A DNA stretch of 64,000 nucleotides. It comes from Candidatus Hadarchaeota archaeon. Lineage in GTDB: Archaea; CAYQAE01; CAYVLA01. Under the pieces are notes generated by a model. It was not told the origin of the DNA and made no database searches. It saw only the letters and a list, made by a program, of their open reading frames with translations. Shown piece after piece: positions 38,165-46,441 of this stretch (the first letter of the stretch is position 1; every line of letters begins with the position of its first letter). The stretch is from NCBI GenBank assembly GCA_964621445.1, contig CAZUNO010000007.1:63045-127044 (forward strand). The letters are read 5' to 3'. A program made the position numbers and the translations under genes.

Positions 38165-40117
38165 TTAATTGGGAAGGGACCTGAGCATTAACCATGTATC
38201 CAGATATCGGTGAGTCAATCTCTCGGTTGACCTGAGAAACTCCTTGAGTTCTTCCATAAGATCGAGGGATTTCTCCTTTTCGCCTCTTGACTTAGCCAGT
38301 AGATACCGATATTTTAGAGAGGTCAAGGTGGAATAGTGTCCGAGTAGATCCAGAAATCTTTTCTCACGTTCATTCCCGCCCTCCATATCCTCCAGAAAAC
38401 GGGAGAAATCATGCGATATCTCGATCATGCTCTTAAGATCATCTTGGCTAGATGATTCATCGAGTCCATGGTGCTGGCCCGTTTTCGGTGTGAGAAGTTC
38501 GTTTATATCAGATAGATACTTCTTGATTTCATTGGCGTTGTCGCCGAAACAGGACCGAAGATGGTCATCTACCAACTCAGGGAGATCCAGGTCGCGGTTC
38601 CATAAGGTATCGGCCATCACCGACATTAGCAGCCCGGTGGGGTAGAATGACCTCAATGCCTGGCAACTAATCAATCCATTGAGGTGGAGATCCCCATACC
38701 TTTCTATATCCTCCTTTATTATACTGGCGAAACCGATGGGGTCCATCCGACGGAGATAAGGTTTCCACATATAGTAGTCGAAGATGAAGCTATCCCCATC
38801 GAAAGAATCAAGCCAGTTCTTTCTTATGCCCACGAATTCGGAGTTGGTTCTAGGAGTCTTGACCTCGTTCAGTGACCACCCACCATCATTGCCTGAGCCC
38901 GAGCAGGATTCATCTGAAATGGCATGCATATAGCACCTGGATATGGGAGCGAACATATAGACCAGGCGATCCCCGGGGTCTTCAAGGGTTTCCTTCTTTG
39001 GTGGAGACAGGGTGTTCGTGTAGCACAGGAAGACGACCCTGGTCTCTAGTCCAGCACTGTTCAGTTTCTTTGCTACCTCGTTGATTAGCCTGGCATACCA
39101 ATCGGAGGGCGTGGTCTTCCTGCAGGACTCGCATTCACAGAAATTGTTGGTGGTATCGGAAAGCCAAAAATGAAGGTAACTGACCTCGGGGTGTTCCTTT
39201 GCATATTCAACTATCTCGTCTGTAATCATCTGGAAGGCCCGGGGATTAGAATAGCAAAGCTCGGTGTTAATGGGTACATTTCCAAAGAAACCACGCTCCC
39301 CGTTTACGAGTGCCAGAAGTGATCTGGTTTCCTGGTCCGGTTGGTCCTCCGTCTCATACCAACCGAGGCCTTTGTATCCAAGACACTCTGCGGTCCACCC
39401 GTGTCCTACCCGATGCAGGTCCATACCCCGTAGCTTGAGCGCATCGATCACCTCCCCGTCTAACCGGAGTGAGACCTCCTCGTCAACGCTTTCCTCTTCT
39501 CCGTAATCCGGGTTGTAATCCCGATTGTAATAATTGCGCCAGAAATAAAGGGAGGTCTTGAACTGCAGGAAGAAGGAGTTCATCTTGTGCTTCGCCATCC
39601 AGTCAACCATGCCCAGGGCGTGTTTAATGGAAGGAGCCCCCTCGATGCATACCCCTCTATGGGAATAGGATGCCTTTTCGTTGATCCGGGTCTCAAATAG
39701 TCCTTTACAGTATGAAGCCGGAAGCACCTCTCCCAGATGACCTGGGGCAACCCACCTGGCTCCTAATCTTCTCAGCAGTTCATATACCGAGAAGAGAACG
39801 CTTCGGGGATTAGAACCGGTTATTACACATCTTCCCGAGTCCTGGGAAACAAGTAACTCATCTTCCTCGCTTTCCGGGCAGAGTTCATCGGCAAGAAGGC
39901 CACTGAAGCTGACACGTTCGGCGACCAGTACCTCGTTTTCCTGGGAACATGGTGAATCGGTTAGCTCCCGCCAGTCCCCCTCCGATTTAACGTGCCTGAG
40001 CTTGACGCTATCCCCGGTCATCCTCATCAGGCATCTCCTCAGTTCGGATGCCGCAAACCTAACCGGTGGAGGGGAAGGAAGCCTTACGTAGATACATATG
40101 GTCCGTTCATCGGGCAT
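38165..40117 (-). CDS. DUF4838-type putative glycoside hydrolase with GH20/GH67-like N-terminal domain
   Basis: FAASEL...L..MTG, I.GSNPRSVLF.VY..L..LG.RW..PG, HRG..IEG, DWMAK..MN, LCYSNP, NNFCECESC. Confidence 0.7.
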   Translation of the reverse strand: MPDERTICIYVRLPSPPPVRFAASELRRCLMRMTGDSVKLRHVKSEGDWRELTDSPCSQENEVLVAERVSFSGLLADELCPESEEDELLVSQDSGRCVITGSNPRSVLFSVYELLRRLGARWVAPGHLGEVLPASYCKGLFETRINEKASYSHRGVCIEGAPSIKHALGMVDWMAKHKMNSFFLQFKTSLYFWRNYYNRDYNPDYGEEESVDEEVSLRLDGEVIDALKLRGMDLHRVGHGWTAECLGYKGLGWYETEDQPDQETRSLLALVNGERGFFGNVPINTELCYSNPRAFQMITDEIVEYAKEHPEVSYLHFWLSDTTNNFCECESCRKTTPSDWYARLINEVAKKLNSAGLETRVVFLCYTNTLSPPKKETLEDPGDRLVYMFAPISRCYMHAISDESCSGSGNDGGWSLNEVKTPRTNSEFVGIRKNWLDSFDGDSFIFDYYMWKPYLRRMDPIGFASIIKEDIERYGDLHLNGLISCQALRSFYPTGLLMSVMADTLWNRDLDLPELVDDHLRSCFGDNANEIKKYLSDINELLTPKTGQHHGLDESSSQDDLKSMIEISHDFSRFLEDMEGGNEREKRFLDLLGHYSTLTSLKYRYLLAKSRGEKEKSLDLMEELKEFLRSTERLTHRYLDTWLMLRSLPN

Positions 40118-40164
40118 GGGTTAGAGATGGGTTGGTTACTAATAATCGTGTTCCAGGTGTAGGT

Positions 40165-40623
40165 TCAATCCACCGTTTTTGGCTTATCGACGACCATGCC
40201 GAAGTGCTTGCAGTAGTTGCCGTAGTATCTCCTTACGTGATGGACGCATGTCGTGCAGAGGTCCTTGACATAGGTCTCCTCACATGTACCGTCTTCCCAA
40301 CGGTCGCGTTTTGGAACCTGTTTTTGCTCCTCTATCTTGCGTCCGGTCTCCACCCGGTTCTTCGAATATTTGAGCTTCTCGGGAAGCACCTGTTCCTGAT
40401 CAACCCTGAGGGGGGTGGGGGTCCTAAGATGGTCCCGAATATAGACTAAAAGGAAGATGACGCCCAGAATTACGAACCCGATGACGGCTATACTTGAAAA
40501 TTCAACAGTCTTGGTATCAAGGTCGTAGCCCATCCAGGGTAGAAATGCCACAGCCATGCTGTAAATAGCCGTGATTAGCAGTAGAATCCAGTAGGAGATG
40601 TATGATTTGCTTTGTTCGGACAA
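40165..40623 (-). CDS. Two-TM membrane protein with C-terminal Cys cluster
   Basis: Two hydrophobic helices, then a charged linker and C-x8-C-x2-C-x10-C (CEETYVKDLCTTCVHHVRRYYGNYC). Confidence 0.65.
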   Translation of the reverse strand: MSEQSKSYISYWILLLITAIYSMAVAFLPWMGYDLDTKTVEFSSIAVIGFVILGVIFLLVYIRDHLRTPTPLRVDQEQVLPEKLKYSKNRVETGRKIEEQKQVPKRDRWEDGTCEETYVKDLCTTCVHHVRRYYGNYCKHFGMVVDKPKTVD

Positions 40624-40724
40624 TTCAGATTCTCGTTTTCTTCATCCTAATAAGCTGTTTTGTTCCAGGGACATTTATGCCAGCTAGAGAAACATTAAAG
40701 GCATCATGGCCTTGACTTTTTTCG

Positions 40725-42545
40725 ATGGGGTCGGAAGGTAGTAACGGCTGGATGAATGCTCTTCTGAGGATAAACCTGAGCAAGGGTAGCATAAAAACTG
40801 AAAAAACCGACCGGGAAGCAATCAAGAAGTTCCTCGGCGGAAGGGGTCTGGGGGCTAGAATTCTCTGTGAAGAGCTAAGGAAGGGTATCGATCCGTTAGG
40901 TCCGCAAAACAAGATCATATTTGCCGTGGGACCCCTCACCGGTACAATTTCGCCAACATCCGGCAGGATTAGTGTATCTTCAAAATCTCCACTGACCAAC
41001 ACCATTCTGGATTCCAATGCCGGTGGCACCTGGGGACCTGCTTTCAAGAGGTCCGGATACGATGTCCTGGTAATCGAGGGAAGGGCCGAGGTGCCCTCGA
41101 TACTAATTGTTGATAATGGGGAGGCCGAGATAAAGGGCAACCCCGAGCTGTGGGGAATGTCCGTACACGAGGTCAGCGAAAAGCTGGCAGAAGGTGACGG
41201 CGATAAGTACAAGGTTGCCTGCATAGGACCGGCCGGGGAGAAAGAGGTCCTCATATCCTCCATAATGTTTGATAAGACGGGAAATAGCGGCAGGGGAGGA
41301 GTCGCCGCTAGAGGGGGGTTGGGCGCAGTTATGGGTTCCAAGAACCTGAAGGCCGTCGTGGTCCGTGGCGATCAACGACCTGGCATCGCCGACAAGGATT
41401 CACTGAAATTTTTTGTAAAGGAGACCCGAAAGAAGCTGAAGGAGAGCCCCATAACCTCCCGTGCTTTGCCTACATTCGGAACCGATGTGCTAATGAACGT
41501 GATTAACGCTCATGGCATGCTTCCAGTAAGAAACTTCCAGAGGGGCTTTTCGGAAAAAGCGGATGATATATCAGGAGAGAGGCTTACCGAAACCATTCTA
41601 GAGAGGAGAAGTGCTTGCTACGGGTGTCCCATCGGTTGTGGCCGCAAGACCAGGACCGAGAAGGGGTCCGGGGACGGGCCTGAATATGAGACCGTATTTG
41701 CTCTAGGTCCTGAGTGCGACGTTTTTGATCTAGAGGAGATCGCCGAGGCCAATTACCTTTGCAATGATTTTGGCCTGGACACCATTTCAACTGGGGTTAC
41801 AATCGGCTGCGCCATGGAACTAAGACAACGTGGCATCATAGATGATGATATTGAGTTTGGAGATTCCGAAAGGATTAAGCAACTGATCCGGGATATAGGC
41901 CAGAGGAGGGGAATCGGGGACGAGTTGGGGGAGGGGTCCAAAAGATTTGCGGAAAGCAAGAACGCTTCAAAATATTCGATGACCGTCAAGGGTCTTGAAC
42001 TGCCGGCCTACGATCCGCGTGGTTCCCAGGGACAGGCCCTGGCATATGCCACCTCAAATAGAGGCGGCTGTCATTTGAGAGGTTATATGATAGGATGGGA
42101 GGTACTCGGAGTACCCAAGATGATCGACAGGTTTAACTGGTCGGGGAAGGCAGACCTCCTGGTCAGGAACCAGGATCTATACGCTGCCATGGACTCGTTG
42201 ATTGTGTGCAAGTTCATGGGTTATAACGTTAATCAGGAGTACCTGGCACGGTTGCTCACGGCTACGACGGGAATAGAATACGACCAAGAGGATGTCATGA
42301 GGATAGGGGAACGAATATACACTCTGGAAAGGGGTTTCAATGCCAGGGAGGGTTTCACTAGGGAGGATGACCAGCTTCCAAGAAGGTTCCTGGAAACCCC
42401 CCTGGAGGATGGCGGCTCCTCCGGTCAAGTAGTAAAGCTGGACCAAATGCTGGATGATTATTACCGGATAAGGGGCTGGGATGAGGATGGATGTCCGACC
42501 GTGGAAACCCTGAAGAAACTTGATTTGGATTTCTTAATAAAATGA
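40725..42545 (+). CDS. aor: Aldehyde:ferredoxin oxidoreductase (tungstopterin, 4Fe-4S)
   Basis: LGGRGLG, KSPLT...DSNAGG, CIGPAGE, RGGLGAVMGSKNLKA, CYGCPIGC, GPEYET, D.GLDTIS, KGLELPAYDPR, DSLIVC, YY..RGWD. Confidence 0.95.
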   Translation: MGSEGSNGWMNALLRINLSKGSIKTEKTDREAIKKFLGGRGLGARILCEELRKGIDPLGPQNKIIFAVGPLTGTISPTSGRISVSSKSPLTNTILDSNAGGTWGPAFKRSGYDVLVIEGRAEVPSILIVDNGEAEIKGNPELWGMSVHEVSEKLAEGDGDKYKVACIGPAGEKEVLISSIMFDKTGNSGRGGVAARGGLGAVMGSKNLKAVVVRGDQRPGIADKDSLKFFVKETRKKLKESPITSRALPTFGTDVLMNVINAHGMLPVRNFQRGFSEKADDISGERLTETILERRSACYGCPIGCGRKTRTEKGSGDGPEYETVFALGPECDVFDLEEIAEANYLCNDFGLDTISTGVTIGCAMELRQRGIIDDDIEFGDSERIKQLIRDIGQRRGIGDELGEGSKRFAESKNASKYSMTVKGLELPAYDPRGSQGQALAYATSNRGGCHLRGYMIGWEVLGVPKMIDRFNWSGKADLLVRNQDLYAAMDSLIVCKFMGYNVNQEYLARLLTATTGIEYDQEDVMRIGERIYTLERGFNAREGFTREDDQLPRRFLETPLEDGGSSGQVVKLDQMLDDYYRIRGWDEDGCPTVETLKKLDLDFLIK

Positions 42546-42561
42546 GATAAGGTGATCAATA

Positions 42562-43401
42562 ATGGAGAAAGAGCTGAATGGCCTGGGAAAAAACCTCCAG
42601 GAAGAAAGGGATAGGATGCTAGAATTGTCATCGGCCGCAAAGGGTAGAAAGGCGTCCGATTTGAAGGCGGCCACTAGGCTCATGGAAAGATCCCTTTTCC
42701 ATGTCCAACGGGCTTTGGGGGAGCAGGAGAACGAGGACTCGGTGCAGGCCCAGGAGGGGGAGATGCTGGACATAGAGATTGAAGAGGATCTACTGGACGC
42801 CAATAGGGAGCTGGCAAGAGAGAATAGGGAGCTGCTCAAAAAGCACGGGGTTCAGGCCGTGGACGTGATGGGGGCAATAGGATCAGGTAAGACTAGTCTA
42901 ATAGCATGCTTGGTCGGCCATTTAAGGAACAAGTCGGTGGGCATGCTAGGAGGGGACACGGCAACAAGCATAGATGCCGATCGAGTTAGGGAGAGCGGAG
43001 CCATGACCGTGCAGATTAACACGGGCAAGGAATGCCATCTTGATGCCAATCTAGTGGCAAGGGCCCTTCAAAAAATAGATCTCAATGATTTGGACCTTCT
43101 TTTCGTCGAGAATGTGGGGAACCTGATCTGTCCCTCGGAGTTTGACTTAGGATGCGATAAGAGGTTGGTGGTGATATCGGTGACCGAGGGCGATAGCATG
43201 GTCGTAAAGCACCCTATGATGTTTGCAGATGCGGATGTGGTGGCCATCAACAAGATCGATATTCTGGATACCTTTGGAAGCGATCCTGACAAGCTGGAGC
43301 AGGACCTGAAGCAACTTAACCCCCGGGCGGTGCCTGTGAGGACCAGTGTTCGTACCGGGCAGGGTATAGAGGAGCTTATTGATAACCTCGACCTGGACTA
43401 G
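42562..43401 (+). CDS. hypB: Hydrogenase nickel-incorporation GTPase HypB with N-terminal helical extension
   Basis: GAIGSGKT, NTGKECHLDA, ENVGNLICP..FDLG, SVTEGD...KHP, NKID; AGGTGA upstream. Confidence 0.93.
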   Translation: MEKELNGLGKNLQEERDRMLELSSAAKGRKASDLKAATRLMERSLFHVQRALGEQENEDSVQAQEGEMLDIEIEEDLLDANRELARENRELLKKHGVQAVDVMGAIGSGKTSLIACLVGHLRNKSVGMLGGDTATSIDADRVRESGAMTVQINTGKECHLDANLVARALQKIDLNDLDLLFVENVGNLICPSEFDLGCDKRLVVISVTEGDSMVVKHPMMFADADVVAINKIDILDTFGSDPDKLEQDLKQLNPRAVPVRTSVRTGQGIEELIDNLDLD

Positions 43402-43787
43402 GTACCATCCCGATTCCGTTCAACGGTGATGCTTACCACCTTCATCTCCCTTCCGGACTGTATCTTTATGCTGGTGGACCCGCATTCACACTTCAGGGTA
43501 GGTGGGACCATGTGCAGTGCCGGGTCATCTACTTCCTGGTTCCAGGGGAATTCTTTTCCGCAGTTGCGGCATTTTAATATGGCGGGCTCCTCTTCGATCT
43601 GGAGCTTAGCTTCCTCGGCCAGGGTTCCCTCGGCGGCGACCTCAAAACAAAAGTTCAGTTGATCGGGGTTTAGGAGGGTGAGTTTTCCTATCTTCATTTT
43701 CACCGATTTGATCCTTATAGCGTCCTTTTTCTCAGCCGCCGGTATTATGGTTTTAACTATGGATGCCGCTGCCGAAAACTCATGCAT
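43398..43787 (-). CDS. hypA: Hydrogenase nickel-incorporation protein HypA
   Basis: Starts MHEFS at ATG 43787; L.FCFE....GT.AE.A.L, CRNC...CECG, GRE; overlaps the hypB stop convergently by 4 nt. Confidence 0.93.
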   Translation of the reverse strand: MHEFSAAASIVKTIIPAAEKKDAIRIKSVKMKIGKLTLLNPDQLNFCFEVAAEGTLAEEAKLQIEEEPAILKCRNCGKEFPWNQEVDDPALHMVPPTLKCECGSTSIKIQSGREMKVVSITVERNRDGT

Positions 43788-43809
43788 TGATGATCCATGA
43801 TCCACTATC

Positions 43810-43818
43810 TTTATATAA
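43810..43818 (-). promoter_or_regulatory. Archaeal TATA box for hypA
   Basis: TTATATAAA on the minus strand 23-31 nt upstream of the ATG, consistent with a leaderless transcript. Confidence 0.55.
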
Positions 43819-43848
43819 GAAACCCAAAATACATCCAACGGCAGGATG

Positions 43849-43862
43849 TTATTTATTAAAAG
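43849..43862 (+). promoter_or_regulatory. Putative TATA box for the tRNA gene
   Basis: TTATTTATTAAAAG about 28-41 nt upstream of the tRNA 5' end. Confidence 0.45.
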
Positions 43863-43889
43863 ATCCTGGTGTGAATACCGTTAAAACAA

Positions 43890-43982
43890 GGGGCCGTAGG
43901 GTAGCCTGGTCCATCCTCCCAGCTTCCTTTTAAGGGATGGAGCGGGGAGCTGGTGACTCCGGTTCAAATCCGGGCGGCCCCA
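43890..43982 (+). tRNA. tRNA-Pro (anticodon GGG or CGG) with an 18-nt non-canonical intron inside the anticodon loop; CCA not encoded
   Basis: Acceptor GGGGCCG/CGGCCCC-A73; D-arm GGGTAGCCTGGTCCATCCT; anticodon stem CCAGC/GCTGG enclosing 25 nt instead of 7; T-arm TCCGG-TTCAAAT-CCGGG. Confidence 0.9.
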
Positions 43983-43999
43983 TTTCACGTGGTCTATAA

Positions 44000-44914
44000 A
44001 TGGAATTTATTGAATTTGATGAATCATTACTAGCGAGTTTATCCGAGGTCTTTCAGAAATCCTTTCCCCTTCATGACCTGTCTCTAGCAAGCCTGAAGAG
44101 GGTAACAACTGGTGACCCGAATTTCATTAGCGATGACCTGGTCCTTGCAGGAGATGGGGAGAAGGTGTTGGGGGCTGTATTGGGAGCGAGGTACCGGAGC
44201 AAGCCAGAATCAAAAGTGGGGGATGAAACGGCATACCTAAAGATGATATGCTCATTTCCCTTCGATCGGGATCTGATGAAAGGCTTGTTGGAAAGGATGG
44301 AGGGCCGGCTTCGAAAGGAAGGGGCCAGAAAGCTTGTGTATTCAAATTTTGCAAGTTGGCATCTATTTCCAGGGGTCGACCTGAGATACGGAGATCTGCT
44401 ATCCTTTCTTTCGTCTGAAGGGTTCGTAAAGAGCGACCAATGCGTGGATTATGTGGTGGACCTTTCTGCATTTAAAGTTCCAGAAAGGATAGCAACCATG
44501 GAAGGGAGCATTCTGGCGGAGGCCATGTGTCTAAGATTGGCCAGGGAGAGCGAGAAGGAATGGGTCCGCAATTGGATTCAGGAGGAAAACGGGTTTAACT
44601 GGGCGTATGAAACTGCGGAGGCTATCGGAGGAAACGGTTCAGGAGTGTGGCTGGCCATGGACGGGGATGAGTTGGTAGCTTACTCGGTATTCGGCTCCCT
44701 GGAGCATCACTGGTTTGGACCTATTTACGTCAAGGATGAGAGGAGAGGAGATGGGTTGGGCTCCGTGTTATTGTTCAAGGCACTGGAGTCGATGAAGGAT
44801 CTGGGCATATCCCGGGCGCTAATACCCTGGACCAGTCACCTGTTCTTTTACTCCCAGGTGCCCGGAGTGGCAGGTCTCAGGCATTACTGGATGATGTCTA
44901 AGGCTCTGGATTAA
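44000..44914 (+). CDS. Tandem GNAT-family acetyltransferase
   Basis: C-terminal FGPIYV..ERRGDGLGSVLL acetyl-CoA motif and FFYSQ; degenerate N-terminal GNAT. Confidence 0.8.
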   Translation: MEFIEFDESLLASLSEVFQKSFPLHDLSLASLKRVTTGDPNFISDDLVLAGDGEKVLGAVLGARYRSKPESKVGDETAYLKMICSFPFDRDLMKGLLERMEGRLRKEGARKLVYSNFASWHLFPGVDLRYGDLLSFLSSEGFVKSDQCVDYVVDLSAFKVPERIATMEGSILAEAMCLRLARESEKEWVRNWIQEENGFNWAYETAEAIGGNGSGVWLAMDGDELVAYSVFGSLEHHWFGPIYVKDERRGDGLGSVLLFKALESMKDLGISRALIPWTSHLFFYSQVPGVAGLRHYWMMSKALD

Positions 44915-44922
44915 ATGCCGGG

Positions 44923-45597
44923 CTAAAGCTCCTTCCCACACTTAGGGCAGAACTTGCTATGCGGTTCAACGGGAGCACCGCAGTGACGGCAAAAAGCCCT
45001 TCCCTGGGTGGGCTGTTCCTTTGTATCTTCCTCCCCTACCTGCTCCGCCGGTTCAGTAGGCTGGGTCTTGGAGGTTGCCTTGACCTCCTCCTCCGGTATG
45101 ATATCCGGCTGTACGTAGGGACCGCCCTTTGTCGATTCCTTGTGATATACGACGGTGTTTGACATCCTGTCGGTGAATCTTTGTCTGGGGTCTCCTTCCA
45201 GTACCAGACCGCCAAGGACATCCAGTAGAAAAAGAAGGAAGTGTATCCTGGATACGTTTCTGATGAATGCATCCTTAATCAGCGGTTTATTTCCCTTCTG
45301 GTCCACGACCTTGAGCGCGAGCAGTCTTTTGCCTATGCTTGCTCCCCAAGTACTCTCGGTGGCTGCAAAATAGAGTATGCCAATTATCCAGAACAGGAAT
45401 GCACCAACGCCGAAAACGCTGGCAAAGCCCAAGGGATTGTAGGAACGAGTTAGAAAGAAACCGGCCAAAGAGATGGCGGCTAGAGCCCCGTATATGACCG
45501 CCAGTATTATGCCATCTATCACAAAGGCTATAATCCGCCTGAACCAGTTCTCCTGAAGGGCTGAATCCTCCATGACGAGTTCAAATGGTGCTACCAT
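44923..45597 (-). CDS. RDD-family membrane protein with C-terminal zinc ribbon
   Basis: RRIIAFVIDG, YF...E...GASIGK..L.LKVV, IRN, QRFTD....T.V; C-terminal FCRHCG......KFCPKCG; start is ATG 45597 or 45573. Confidence 0.85.
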   Translation of the reverse strand: MVAPFELVMEDSALQENWFRRIIAFVIDGIILAVIYGALAAISLAGFFLTRSYNPLGFASVFGVGAFLFWIIGILYFAATESTWGASIGKRLLALKVVDQKGNKPLIKDAFIRNVSRIHFLLFLLDVLGGLVLEGDPRQRFTDRMSNTVVYHKESTKGGPYVQPDIIPEEEVKATSKTQPTEPAEQVGEEDTKEQPTQGRAFCRHCGAPVEPHSKFCPKCGKEL

Positions 45598-45671
45598 GAG
45601 GGTCACTAATCTAAAACATCCAGGGATGGTTGATAAAGCTTGTGCAGGATGTTTTCCGAATAGAGGGAATA

Positions 45672-46439
45672 TCAATTCCTGTAGATGGTTTCACACGCCG
45701 ATATGAAATCATCTGTTTCCAGGCTATCTCCGAAGTGGCTTTCAAAAAAGCGAATGCCCCATCTGGTGGAGAGCCTTTCATCAATGGTATCCGGGAACTC
45801 AACACCGAGAGTAGCGTCCCTCAGAAGAAAGAGTCGATAATTTAGATCGGCCATTTCCTCTACTCCTCCCGGTGACCGCAATATACACATGTCAGTGGCA
45901 AATCCGCAATAAATCAAACTATTTACCCCTTCACTGCGAAGGAGATTATGGAGGTCCCTAGTGCTATACACAAGGGGCTCCCCCGGCTCCGCCTTTGCTA
46001 TGCTCGCCCTATCCATCCCGCGTAGAGGGGACATGGTTTCATATGACCTGCCATGTGACCTCCAGGCGATTCTCTCCCTCCAATTCCTTGCCTCCGCTTC
46101 CAGTTTCCCGGGTATCGGATTCCGCCCCTTCCTTTCCCGGTTATCCTTGATGGTACTTGATTCAACGTGACAGACCATAATTCGTGCTTTTCGGGCGGCA
46201 TCCATCGCAGGCCGAATGAAATTCTCCATTATCCTTACCGATTCCCGATGAACCTCGGGGAATCCCATACCCACCCAGTAGTTATCCTCGATATCAGGAC
46301 CGTCACTACACCCGATGTTCCAGCAGTGCATGACCACCAGTGCGGTTTGACCCGCCTTTAGCTCGATGTCTTCGAATACAAATGCAGCTTTGGTCATGGG
46401 CACCGTTCTATAGTAGCGACCAACCAATCTTAGGACCAA
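45672..46439 (-). CDS. Isochorismatase-family cysteine hydrolase
   Basis: TALVVMHCW, LIYCGFATDMC (catalytic Cys), LLRDAT; TTG start just after the upstream stop. Confidence 0.78.
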   Translation of the reverse strand: MVLRLVGRYYRTVPMTKAAFVFEDIELKAGQTALVVMHCWNIGCSDGPDIEDNYWVGMGFPEVHRESVRIMENFIRPAMDAARKARIMVCHVESSTIKDNRERKGRNPIPGKLEAEARNWRERIAWRSHGRSYETMSPLRGMDRASIAKAEPGEPLVYSTRDLHNLLRSEGVNSLIYCGFATDMCILRSPGGVEEMADLNYRLFLLRDATLGVEFPDTIDERLSTRWGIRFFESHFGDSLETDDFISACETIYRN

Positions 46440-46441
46440 GC

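Noticed and set aside
40625-41341. 238-aa minus-strand ORF
   Set aside because: Lies antisense to the well-supported aor gene and has no motif
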